A stretch of DNA of 64,000 bases, taken from IMG/VR virus record IMGVR_UViG_3300012984_000568, positions 20,373 through 84,372 of that record; one strand, written 5' to 3'. The position numbers and the translations under genes were made by a program. The notes beneath the pieces were generated by a model. That model was not told the DNA's origin, ran no database searches, and saw only the letters and a list, made by a program, of their open reading frames with translations. Shown here in pieces: positions 49,598 through 59,168 of this stretch (position 1 is the first letter of the stretch; every line of letters starts with the position of its first letter). The stretch is from a virus.

Positions 49598-51763
49598 CTA
49601 TTTGGCGGGCAACAGCGCGCGCAGCCAATGGCGCTGCGCCAAGTACGTCACCTGGTCATTGTTCCGAAACAGTTCCTCCGCGCTGAAACGGGTGCTTGGC
49701 CCTACTGATCGACCCTTGAAGGCCGGCGCACGCGGACCGCTCGCCTTGAGCCTGTTCCCGTCAGCGAAGCGCAGCTCGTCAACTAGCTCGGGGTTGCTTT
49801 CGAGCACGCCCATCGTCGAACCGGTGGCGCGCCCCTTGAACACGGTGACTGTCTTTGGCTCCGCCACCCCCGCCTTGATGCGCTTCCACGCTGCTCTGTC
49901 GATGCGGGTCATTCGGAAGTGCTTTCCCGCGACCGTGGCGCGGTGACGATGACGCGCCCGCCGGCAATCTCAGCTGTCCAGCCCGCCACGCCGGACCGGC
50001 TCGTCAACTCATCGACCAATACGCGCAATGGGAACCCCATGCCTGCGAAGCGCGTAGCCAAGTATGTGAACACCGCCGAGACGGTGTCATGCACCGTTGG
50101 CCCATCAGGGCTGTCGTCTAGCGCTGACTTTTCACGCGGCGCGTCTGGTGGCCAGGGATAGGCCTTGGTCACGGGAGGTCCGCCCCTGCCGATATCGACA
50201 GCGACTGAACGCGATGGGCGCGGCAGCTGGCTAGTTGGCGGTCGCAGTGCCTCGACGAGCGTTCGTAGCCAAAAACCAGTCAATTCGCCGCGCTGCCCAC
50301 ATGCCTGGCACTCTCCGTCACCGTAATACCGCGACAGCTGCTCAAGCTGAGGCGTGCAGTTGACGCAGAGTTTGACGATGGTGTTCACGCGCCCTCCGGG
50401 TTTGCGTTCAGGTTGCAGTGCTCGCGCCAGCGTTCCGCGTCGGCCTCGCTGTGCTGCAGACGCGCGGCCAGCTCGAGCGCGCCTTCTGGGCTCAGCGTTG
50501 CCTTGTACGCGCGGAGCTCGTGCACTTCGTTAACCAGCGCGAGCAGCGCTTCGTTCGAGACTTTCGTCTCAAAGCTGCCAGGCGGCAGCATCGACAGCTC
50601 GCGCAGGGTCTCATCGGTCAATGGGCGAACATTGGCGAGCAGCTGCTCGCGCTCGTTGTTCAGCAGCCGCTCTCGAAGCTTCGCAACATCGAGCGCCGGT
50701 TTCGGCTGCGCCAATGGAATGAAGAGGGAAAGCGTCAACATCTTGCCGCTTCGGTGAGCGACTTCGGCAGCCTCGTACTCCGCCATGCTGTAAAGCGGAA
50801 GCACCACCTCACCGAATACGCCGCCTGAGCGCAGCGTGCATGACCCCACTGGTGCGCGCGAGTCGCGGAATGGGTTCGGCGATTCGTAGAGTAGGTCCGT
50901 GGCGTACACGCGCCAGTTGATACGCCCGTGTGGATGCGCCTCGACGAAGCTCTCGGGAGGTGGCGGCAGACGGTCAAAGACGGTGGTCACGCGCCCTCAC
51001 GCTTCCCGCCGATGCGTGGCGTCGCTGCACCCGGAGCGGTGGCGGCAATCAGCCTAGCAGCGCCGTCGGCGAGCTCGTGCACCTCGTGAGCGCTCAGCCG
51101 CAGCGGGTGCGCAGCGTCACCGGTGCTGACGGGTCTCGGTACTGCGGGAGCGGTGTGCTCCTTCAGCATTGCGAACATCTCGCGTGCAAGGGCAACGCGC
51201 TCTGAAGTGTCGGTTTGGTTGGTTTGTTCAGTCATTCGATTCTCACTTTCGGGCCAGGGTCGTCTTGAAGCGGGTAGGGTGGTGGCCAAATACAGGCCGC
51301 ATTCCAGCGTTCGGGCGATCCGATTGGCGCCGGCAGCGGCACTAGCTCTGGGATCCTCAATACTGCAGCGGTAGCAAGGTAGCGCGGCCACGTGAGCGTC
51401 AGCCCCACGCTGTCAACGCTCCCCCGATGGTCGCACGTATGCGAGTCGTCCAGCCGGCACCACACCTTCGTCTTCTCGCGAGTGGCAATCCACGTCACCT
51501 CTGTGTATGAGCCGCAGCGAATCACTTGCCGCTCCGATGCCTGGCTTTGAGAGCATGCTCCGCTACCGAATCCAGGAAACTGGACGTGCTGCGCAATTCT
51601 GCTCCAAGCAAGATGCAGAGCGTGCCCATGAAGGCAATGGGCCAAATGAAGAAGTTCAGCAGTGCTGTGTCCGATCCGGCGAAGCGCGCCGCGAACCACA
51701 CGGTTGCGCTGCCGAGAACCATCCAGGCCAAGATGATCGCGATAATGACCAGCGCCGTCGTCA
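49598..51763 (-). other. Run of small coupled hypothetical genes
   Basis: ORFs 49598-49912, 49909-50388, 50385-50990, 50987-51235, 51232-51525 and a TM protein ending at 51522, with 4-nt overlaps. Confidence 0.6.
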
Positions 51764-51975
51764 CGTGTTGCGCTCCGTGTCGGGGGTTGGCTCGAGCGGC
51801 GCGCCAACAGGGGCACATTGGCGCTGCTCAATTGCGACAAGGCGTGCTTCGACGCTGGCTTGGAATTCGTCGAGCACTTGGCAGAGTGAAGCGTTGATTC
51901 CCAGATGCCCCGAGTTCAGCTCTGTTTTTGGCATGAAGAACTCCAGGTAGCGCTCACTGATCTTCTGGCCTGGCT

Positions 51976-53448
51976 TCACTCGATCCTCCCTGGGCGCTTC
52001 TCGATGCCGCCCGGCTGAGCGCCGCCCATCGCGTCGCACTTCTCGATCACGAGCTCGGTCAGCTTTGATGCCAACAGTTCGGCGTAGCTCTCGCGCACCG
52101 CGTCTTGGATGTCATAGCGAATCAGCCCCGTCGCTTCTCCGGTGGCTCGGTGGCGCTGCAGCGCGCGCCGGGTAGCGCGGTTGACGATGCCAGTTACCAG
52201 CGCGCCGTTCAGCGCGTCACGGAGGCGAATCAGCTCAGCGCCATGTCGAAACTGCAACTCGTATAGAGTGGCAGTCTCACTATGCAGCAGCTGAGTGGCG
52301 TACTCGGCTAGTTCGTCGACGCTGGAATCGACATGGCGACCGCGCAGCGCGAGCGCCATGATCGTCTTGGTCGCCGCCGCATCAGGACGCCCGATCCGGA
52401 TCTTCCGGTCGATGCGCCCGTCTCGAACGATCGCCGGGTCGAGCGAGTCGGGGCGGTTCGTCGAGAGCATGACGAAGCACCCCGACTCGTCGAGGCCGTC
52501 CATTTCGGCCAGGAACATCGGGACGAGCGTTTGCGTGATCGCCATCGTGAGACCCTGGCCCTCGCGGGTGCCGAGCAGCGCATCGGCCTCATCGATGAAC
52601 AGCACCGCAGGGTTGCCCGTCTTTTCCTTGTGCGCTCGAGCGCGCGCGAACAACCCGCGCACCGCAGCCTCCGACGCACCCACGAATCGGTTCAGGACCT
52701 CGGCCGCTTTGACGTAGATGAACCCGCTCGAGTCACCGTCGACAGCGAGCGCGGTCGCGACGGCCTTGCCGAGCATCGTCTTGCCGGTACCGGGAGGGCC
52801 GTAGAGCAGCACGCCCTTGGTCGGCTTCTGGCCGTACGCCTTGTACGCCTCGGCGTAGCGAATCGGGTACTCGATGGCCTCGCGCAGCGCTTCTTTCGCT
52901 TCCTCGTGCCCGCCGATGTCATCCCAAGAAACACCCGGTGATTTGTGCACCACGTAGTCCGACGGCTCCTCGTTGCCGACGTTGCGCAGCACCACTTTGC
53001 CCGTGGGGTCGAGCTGCACCTTGTCCCCGACTCGGGCGCTGATGGTCGAGGGCAGGAAGGCTGTTTGCTGCAGCATGCCCTGGTCGTACATGACGTCGTG
53101 CCCAGTCTTGCCGGCCACGGTCACCACGGGACCGAAGTTCACGTGCGCTGGGAGGACTTCGAGGATCGAATTCGATTCAGCCGCGATCGAGACCTGAGCG
53201 CCAGCCTTGCAGCCGTCGGGCAGCTTCAGGCTCATCTGCCCATTCATCGCGAATACCATGCCGCGCTGGCCGGGTAGAACGCAGCCGACAGTGCCGATGA
53301 GCTGAGGCTTTTCTCGCGTGCGGTTGAGCGTGTCGTTCGCCTGTTTAAGCTGGTAACGGAGCTTTTCCTCCTCGGTTCGGAACTCGTCAGGTTGAATCTG
53401 GAATGGGTTGACGGTGAATGGCCTGGTGAAGAGTTTGTATTCGGTCAC
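51976..53448 (-). CDS. ARC/Mpa-like proteasome-type AAA+ ATPase
   Basis: N-terminal coiled coil, beta-rich interdomain, VSWDDIGG, GPPGTGKT, VLNRFVG pore loop, FIDEAD, STNRPDSLDPAIVRDGRID; ARC-like helical lid. Confidence 0.85.
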   Translation of the reverse strand: MTEYKLFTRPFTVNPFQIQPDEFRTEEEKLRYQLKQANDTLNRTREKPQLIGTVGCVLPGQRGMVFAMNGQMSLKLPDGCKAGAQVSIAAESNSILEVLPAHVNFGPVVTVAGKTGHDVMYDQGMLQQTAFLPSTISARVGDKVQLDPTGKVVLRNVGNEEPSDYVVHKSPGVSWDDIGGHEEAKEALREAIEYPIRYAEAYKAYGQKPTKGVLLYGPPGTGKTMLGKAVATALAVDGDSSGFIYVKAAEVLNRFVGASEAAVRGLFARARAHKEKTGNPAVLFIDEADALLGTREGQGLTMAITQTLVPMFLAEMDGLDESGCFVMLSTNRPDSLDPAIVRDGRIDRKIRIGRPDAAATKTIMALALRGRHVDSSVDELAEYATQLLHSETATLYELQFRHGAELIRLRDALNGALVTGIVNRATRRALQRHRATGEATGLIRYDIQDAVRESYAELLASKLTELVIEKCDAMGGAQPGGIEKRPGRIE

Positions 53449-53840
53449 GGAGCAGAGGAGCCTTTCTTCAATTCGGAGATGGAGAAACAGACTTCGCCGA
53501 TGGCGTCTGGGCCGTGGCGGCGGTTGATGCTCGCTGCGCGGTGGAGCAGCTGGCGAGCGAGTGTTTCGTCACGCTTTGCGACGATGAGCACGCGCTCGCA
53601 CTCTTCGGGACTGAACGGGAACTCGACCGCGAGCGCTTTCGCTTGCGTCAGGTCGGGACCTGGCGGTTCAGTCCGCGGCGCTGGTGGCTTCGGGTCGGGC
53701 CCGAATGTGGTGGTGAGCCAGCCGAAAATCTCGTCAGGCGTGACGAGCGGACCCGCTGCGGGCTTCACGCGCGGCAGCCGCGGCCCGCGGTCGATGTACG
53801 GGTGTTCCGGATCTTCACTGTTCCAGCGATCGTCACTCAT
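53445..53840 (-). CDS. Protein with C-terminal UBA-like three-helix motif
   Basis: KALAVEFPFSPEECERVLIVAKRDETLARQLL after a Pro-rich linker; GTGA coupled to the ATPase. Confidence 0.5.
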   Translation of the reverse strand: MSDDRWNSEDPEHPYIDRGPRLPRVKPAAGPLVTPDEIFGWLTTTFGPDPKPPAPRTEPPGPDLTQAKALAVEFPFSPEECERVLIVAKRDETLARQLLHRAASINRRHGPDAIGEVCFSISELKKGSSAP

Positions 53841-54459
53841 CGCAGGATGTCCTTCGGATCGCGCGTCCTGTTGAGGTAGTCCCGAACCTGGTCCGTCAAG
53901 CGCGCGAGTCGGGTGGCTCGAGGTGTCACGGCTCGGTCTTCGGTAACGTACTTCACCATGCGGTGGAGCAGTGCTCGGCCCTCGCGGCGTCGCCCATCAA
54001 GCTCAGCGATGCGCGCTTGGCTCGATGCGGCACCGCGCTCGAACGCCGAGAGCGCGACTACCTGCAGAGGCGCCGAGCGGCAGCAGCGGGGGCACCACCA
54101 ATGGTCTGCTTCGCTATTCACAATCTCGGAGTCGCACCCGTACGGGCATGCTAGGTGAGGGCCGGCGAGGGTCATCGGCTCCGTCATCGGCGGCCTGCCT
54201 TTCGCTTGGCGCGCTCGGCTTTGCGCTTTGCCCGCTTGGCCTTCTGCGCAGCGGTGAACACCGGTTGGTGTTGGCGCTTCGGTGGTTCAGGCGCCGGCGG
54301 CGCGGCGGGCAGAGCTCGCCTGGGTTCGGGCATCGCTGGCCCTGGCGCGAAGTCCGGTCGGCCGCTTCCGCCGAAGCCAATGCCGCCGGTGCTCGCGATC
54401 GCCATGAGTGCCATCAGCTGCAGCGGGCTACGGCGGCGTAGCGGGTTTTGGTCAGCCAT
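53837..54459 (-). other. Two small hypothetical genes (53837-54187, 54184-54459)
   Basis: Coupled ORFs; one has a CxxxC/CxxC zinc ribbon, the other a basic tail. Confidence 0.55.
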
Positions 54460-55306
54460 CGGCGGCGAGCCTCATCGCTGGGCGTGGAGTCTTCGCGAGT
54501 CGGTCAGCAAGCGCGGTCAGCTCGGCACCGCGCAGGGTTTTCGCGGCATCGCGCGCCTTGGCGCCGTACAGGCCCGCCTCGGCGTTCTCGAGCGCCAGGT
54601 TGCGCGCGCGCCGTAGCTCTTCGTCCGACGCTGGCGGTGGCCCGCCACGGGGCGAGGCGCGCGGCTCTGAGCGCTTGGGCTTCTTGGCCTCGTCGCGCAG
54701 CCAAAGCTCAAAACAGGCGTCCTGGTCGACCATCTGCCGCCCCTTGCCCTTGGCCTGAGCCTTGAAGCGCTTGAACTCGTAGGCGACGTCCAACCCGAGC
54801 TCGGCGCCGAGTGCTTGGTGCTCTGGGGTTGGCTCTGCCAATTCGCTGGTGTGTGTGTGATCCGGAGAGGAGGGGGAGTGGAGAGGAGAGGGAATCGTGA
54901 CGCCTACCGTGACAGGCTGCGGCGGTTCGTCGTCTGTCCCACCGTGACCACCTCCGTGACCGCCACGTGACTTGGCTTTTCTGAGCCGTGCCGCTTCGCG
55001 CGCCTTCAGCACCTCGTCACGCGAGGACGACCAGTCGAGGTAGTCGTGCATGAGCATTTGGTCATCGGCTTCGTGGAGCAAACCGACCGTAACCAGTGCG
55101 GCAAGGGCCGCGGCGCGCTTCTTTGGGTTGGCTGGCCCACGTACCTCATCGAGCATGTCCTTGGGGATCGCGCCGTCTGTCAGGTGCTTGCCGCAATATG
55201 CGCGCAGCCCAAGCCAAAGGTGAATTGCCTCACTGCCCCCGAGCTTCGCCGCTCTGATGAACTTCGGGTGATCGAGAATACCGTCGTCGAGTTCCAGCCA
55301 GCTCAT
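54452..55306 (-). CDS. Phage replication initiator/replisome organizer
   Basis: MSWLELDDGILDHPKF, A..LW, TDG.I, MHDYLDW; P/S-rich linker typical of O-like proteins. Confidence 0.75.
   Translation of the reverse strand: MSWLELDDGILDHPKFIRAAKLGGSEAIHLWLGLRAYCGKHLTDGAIPKDMLDEVRGPANPKKRAAALAALVTVGLLHEADDQMLMHDYLDWSSSRDEVLKAREAARLRKAKSRGGHGGGHGGTDDEPPQPVTVGVTIPSPLHSPSSPDHTHTSELAEPTPEHQALGAELGLDVAYEFKRFKAQAKGKGRQMVDQDACFELWLRDEAKKPKRSEPRASPRGGPPPASDEELRRARNLALENAEAGLYGAKARDAAKTLRGAELTALADRLAKTPRPAMRLAADG
54896..54971. repeat. Iteron-like CGTGAC repeats (candidate origin)
   Basis: CGTGAC at 54896, 54908, 54943, 54955 and 54966 inside the initiator gene. Confidence 0.6.
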
Positions 55307-55588
55307 CTCACCATCCCGTCCATTTCGTTTCCACCAATGTGCCCCTGTCCATCGGTTGCTTTGCGCGCGAGACACGTGTGCGCGCGGCCTTGCCGGCGCG
55401 TCGGCGAGCTGACTCAGCCCTGCCAGCGTCGAGCTCGGCTTCGGTCTTTGACGTGATCGCTCGAGCGCGCCACGCTGGAAGCCTCGAGGCAAGCGTCACG
55501 ACCGTTGGAGGCGTCGTTGCTGGCGTGCCGCCGCCGCGATTCAGACAAGCATCGCAGTCGCAGCACAGCGCGTGCCCCTCGGTGAAGC

Positions 55589-56191
55589 TCATTGGCGGGC
55601 CCCCGTTCGCAGCTCGATGATCACGCAACCTTCACCAGGCGGAGCCGGCTCCCAAATCTGGTGCACCTCGATCACCGAGCCCTTGTCGTTGACCAGGTAG
55701 CCGAGCCCCGGCACCGAGCGCTTACTGGTCTTCTTGCGCTTCGTTGGCACGCACAGCTTGTCGACCGGGATTTTCCCCCAATCGCTCGTTGGGTCCGTTT
55801 CGATGTGCGAGAAGCGGCGACAAATCACCTGCGGTCGCCCGCCCAACGGCGCGCTCGCTCGGCCGTTCGCTTGCAGCAGCATCAGCTGCCCGACCTTCGC
55901 TTTTATCTCCCCCTGCGACCAACCCGACGCGCCACGGGTGGCGTTCGAGGTCGGGCACAGGTGCAGTGGAAGCGCGCACTGAAGCACGAGCTGCCCCTTG
56001 GGCTTCGGGCGAACGATCCAGTTCAGCGCCGGCGGCCGAGACAAGATGTCGTGTGCCAGCGCGAACGCCTTCGGAATGTTGAAGTGCGGATGAGCCTTCG
56101 GGCGGCGTTTCGGTGCCTTCTTGCCTGTGACCAGCGCGGTCACCTTGGCCATCAGTGACGCCTTCGAGAGGCGCTTCTTTGCGACCTTCAT
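55589..56191 (-). CDS. RusA-like Holliday junction resolvase
   Basis: LP..PTSN, D..SD.GK..VDKL, G.LVND motifs. Confidence 0.55.
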   Translation of the reverse strand: MKVAKKRLSKASLMAKVTALVTGKKAPKRRPKAHPHFNIPKAFALAHDILSRPPALNWIVRPKPKGQLVLQCALPLHLCPTSNATRGASGWSQGEIKAKVGQLMLLQANGRASAPLGGRPQVICRRFSHIETDPTSDWGKIPVDKLCVPTKRKKTSKRSVPGLGYLVNDKGSVIEVHQIWEPAPPGEGCVIIELRTGARQ

Positions 56192-56426
56192 TGCTTCGGC
56201 CCCTCCATCACGCAGTGCGGGCAAAGCTCGCCGTTGTAGAGCGTTTGCTTGTGCTTCGGGCACTCGGTGACCGTGCAGCACGCCTCGGCCTTCTCGTGAA
56301 ACCTGACGAGCTCCAGCGCCGAGACGCCGCCCTGGATGCCAAACTGCGGAACATGCAAGCGCCCGCACTTCGAGCAGTAGAACCCCACCGCTCTGCCGCT
56401 CTCTTGCTCGGCTAGGCCAACAGCGT

Positions 56427-56942
56427 TCATCGCGCGCCCTCGCTGACGGTGATGTGAATGCGTCCCGTCTCGATGCCCGCGTCGGTTCCGAACGACATCG
56501 TGACCGCGATATTCGCCGGGAGGGTTTCGCGCAGGGCGTCAGCGATTGCGGATCTCACCGCAGCTTTCGAGCCGAGCGGTCCAGCGAAACGCCGATAGAT
56601 ACGTTCGCGCAGCTCTTCGTCGCTCTCCTCCGAATGGAGCGTGTCGCCCGCAATCACCGCGCAGATGCGCGCGACGCGGGAATTTTTCCGGGTGAAGGCG
56701 ATGGCGAGCAGGACCCACACCGAGTTGACGGCGAACACGGCGAAGCCAGCGAACCAGCTGAGGCGCTGTCCTATCTGAAAGTAGTAGACTAGGTTCCATG
56801 CGCCCCAGCACTGGTACCAAACCGTCGGTGCGATGCGCACACCTGCGAGCTTCCGATCACGCCAGAGCGCGCGGATATTGAGCAGCAGCACCAGAGCGCC
56901 ACCGAACTCGAATAGTGCATTGATTGCGTCGAAGGCACTCAC
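56427..56942 (-). CDS. PQ-loop/SemiSWEET-like 3-TM protein with soluble C-terminal extension
   Basis: D.IN.LFE..G, L.RDRK.AGV, WG.WNL.YY; three hydrophobic helices. Confidence 0.55.
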   Translation of the reverse strand: MSAFDAINALFEFGGALVLLLNIRALWRDRKLAGVRIAPTVWYQCWGAWNLVYYFQIGQRLSWFAGFAVFAVNSVWVLLAIAFTRKNSRVARICAVIAGDTLHSEESDEELRERIYRRFAGPLGSKAAVRSAIADALRETLPANIAVTMSFGTDAGIETGRIHITVSEGAR

Positions 56943-57101
56943 GTCAATTTCTCCAATTGCTCGATGAATGCGCGCCACTCGGCAGCGCGCTCCGGATGTC
57001 CCCACCGCTCGCACTCGCGCATCGACGCTCGAGCGTGTGAGAGGGTGATGTCGAGTGGCGTGCCCCACTCTCGTGTCTGTTGCTGATTCCCACTTTGCTC
57101 C

Positions 57102-57968
57102 TCACTCAGCCGCAACGGTGTCGTCCTCGAACACGAGCGCATCGAGCAACCGCGTAAGGCGATAGACGTCCGCGGCGGTGAGGTTTTCCGGCAGCACAAG
57201 GCTCGCTACGAAGTCGCGGCGCAGCGGGAACTCGTAGGTTTTCGGCGTTGCCGAGCTGGTCAGCGCGGGCGACGGCGCGGGGCGCTCGGCGCTTCCGGTG
57301 CGCGGGGCGCTCTGCGCTTCCGGTGTGGGCGCTGGCACCGCGCCTGACTTAACCGCTTGGCAAATTTTGCAGCGGCGATTGCGCCCAGTCTTTGCATTGC
57401 TGTTCAGCGAGAAGGCCAGGACGTTGTCCTCGTGCCCGCATTGCGGGAACCGCACTCTGCACAACTGGCCGGCGCCTTGGCTGGGAAGGCCGGCTAGGAC
57501 GATGACGCCTGCAATCTCCTTTCCGACCATCACGCCTTCGATGTCGATGGGTCTTCTTGACATGGGCTCCTCGTTCTTCGTCGCTAGTTGTGGTGGCTTC
57601 GTGGTGAACGCCGGCGGCGGGACAGCCGGTGCCGGCGATGGAACCGCGGCGAGCTCGAGCCCGATGATCGGCAGGGACGAGCGCGCTGAACGCGGGGCGC
57701 GCAGCGGGACGCCCGGCATGTGCTTGCGCGAGGCGCGTGCACCGGCGTGAGGGTCGACATCGACGTCTGCGGCGCGGCGCTTCACCTCGCGCCCGAGTTC
57801 GCACCCCTTGCAAAGCATGAGGTGGGCGGGCGGAAAGGCCGAATCAGCCTGCGCCTGGCGCGTGACGCACGAGCGCGCCAGCATGCCGCAGTTGTACGGA
57901 ACACAGCGGAACAGCTGCGCGCCCGTGGTGAGCTGCTCAACCGGCACCAGGGAGAGTGTCGCCGTCAC
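57102..57968 (-). CDS. Multi-domain Cys-rich hypothetical protein
   Basis: Two Cys clusters separated by Pro-rich linkers; C-terminal FPLR..LVLP.NLT..D..RL domain. Confidence 0.6.
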   Translation of the reverse strand: MTATLSLVPVEQLTTGAQLFRCVPYNCGMLARSCVTRQAQADSAFPPAHLMLCKGCELGREVKRRAADVDVDPHAGARASRKHMPGVPLRAPRSARSSLPIIGLELAAVPSPAPAVPPPAFTTKPPQLATKNEEPMSRRPIDIEGVMVGKEIAGVIVLAGLPSQGAGQLCRVRFPQCGHEDNVLAFSLNSNAKTGRNRRCKICQAVKSGAVPAPTPEAQSAPRTGSAERPAPSPALTSSATPKTYEFPLRRDFVASLVLPENLTAADVYRLTRLLDALVFEDDTVAAE

Positions 57969-58738
57969 TGCGCACCTCCGGCCGCACGCGTTCGCGGCGC
58001 AACGCCGAAGCGCGGACTAGAGTCCCAACCCAGCGCCCGGCGCCCACAAGCTCGAGCAGCCTCGATCGTGCTCCCGCTGCCCGCGTACGGGTCGACTACG
58101 AGATCACCGTGGTTCGAGTACTGCCGCACCAGGTTGCAGAGCAGGTCGATCGGCTTTTGCTGTGGGTGCGCGCGGTGCTCGTTGTTCGTCGGCACCGTGC
58201 CGAAATGCAGGACCGAGCGCGGGTGACGGTCAGTTGCGCCGGCGCGCGACTTCGCTGTCTGCGCCATGCTCCCGTAGTTCTCGCTGCCCGTGGCAACGCC
58301 GGCGCCGACCGAGCTCACCGGCACGCCGGTCTCGACCATCTGCGGGTTGAACACCGTGGTCCCCTTGCGGGCGAAAATCAGGATGAACTCGTGCGCGCGA
58401 AGCGGTCGGTTCGCCGCGTTCAGGTGGCCGGTGGCGAGGGTCTTTTCCCACATGAGGTCGTAGCGGTAGGCCTTGGGTTGCGAGGCGATCACCGCGGCCG
58501 CGAAGCGGAGCGAGGACGTCATCAGCACGGCGCAGCCGGTCGCGCTCAGCGCGTGCCACACGGCAGGCCAGAAACGCGCGAAATCCGGGGCGCGATCGAA
58601 CTTGGCCGCGGTCTCGCCCGAGGGCAGGTCCGAGAGAATCAGCGCAGCGCTGCCGGCGCCGAGCGACTCGAGCCCCTCGATTCCGTCCCCGAGCTCGGGA
58701 GCGTAGAAGGGCAGGGGGCGGAGCTTGAGCTTAGGCAT
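57965..58738 (-). CDS. N6/N4 DNA methyltransferase (beta class) with DLPS catalytic variant
   Basis: SDLPSG, YDLMWEK, HE.ILIF, HPQQKP, VVDPYAGSGST. Confidence 0.8.
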   Translation of the reverse strand: MPKLKLRPLPFYAPELGDGIEGLESLGAGSAALILSDLPSGETAAKFDRAPDFARFWPAVWHALSATGCAVLMTSSLRFAAAVIASQPKAYRYDLMWEKTLATGHLNAANRPLRAHEFILIFARKGTTVFNPQMVETGVPVSSVGAGVATGSENYGSMAQTAKSRAGATDRHPRSVLHFGTVPTNNEHRAHPQQKPIDLLCNLVRQYSNHGDLVVDPYAGSGSTIEAARACGRRALGWDSSPRFGVAPRTRAAGGAQ

Positions 58739-59168
58739 GCTCCACCGTCCCCACCTTGGCGCGAAGAGCGCGGAGCTCCGCGGCTACCTCTTTGACCCGG
58801 TCAAAATAGAACCCCTTTTCGGCCACGCCGCCGAACTCCTCAGCGATGAGTTCGCGCAGCTCGTCGAGCTCGATCGAATGGTAGGGGTCGTAGCCAAGCC
58901 CGAGATTCGGTGCCTCGACGCCATCAAACCGCCGCGCCGCATTCAGGACTGCGCAGACCAAGTCCTCGCATTGCTCGGTGGTCAGCGTTTCGTTCACCGC
59001 AACGCGGACGCCGGCGGCAACAACGCAAACACCCTTCGCCTCCGGTTGCGCGAGGTCGAGACCCAACTCTTGGGCATGCTCCGCCACGGAGGCCTTGAGA
59101 GCTGCGCGCTTTCGAGTTCGGCGCGCGGTGGCCAGGTCGACGAGTTCGCCAGGCTTGCGGTCGCTCAT
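58731..59168 (-). CDS. Hypothetical protein
   Basis: 145 aa ORF coupled on both sides. Confidence 0.55.
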   Translation of the reverse strand: MSDRKPGELVDLATARRTRKRAALKASVAEHAQELGLDLAQPEAKGVCVVAAGVRVAVNETLTTEQCEDLVCAVLNAARRFDGVEAPNLGLGYDPYHSIELDELRELIAEEFGGVAEKGFYFDRVKEVAAELRALRAKVGTVEHA

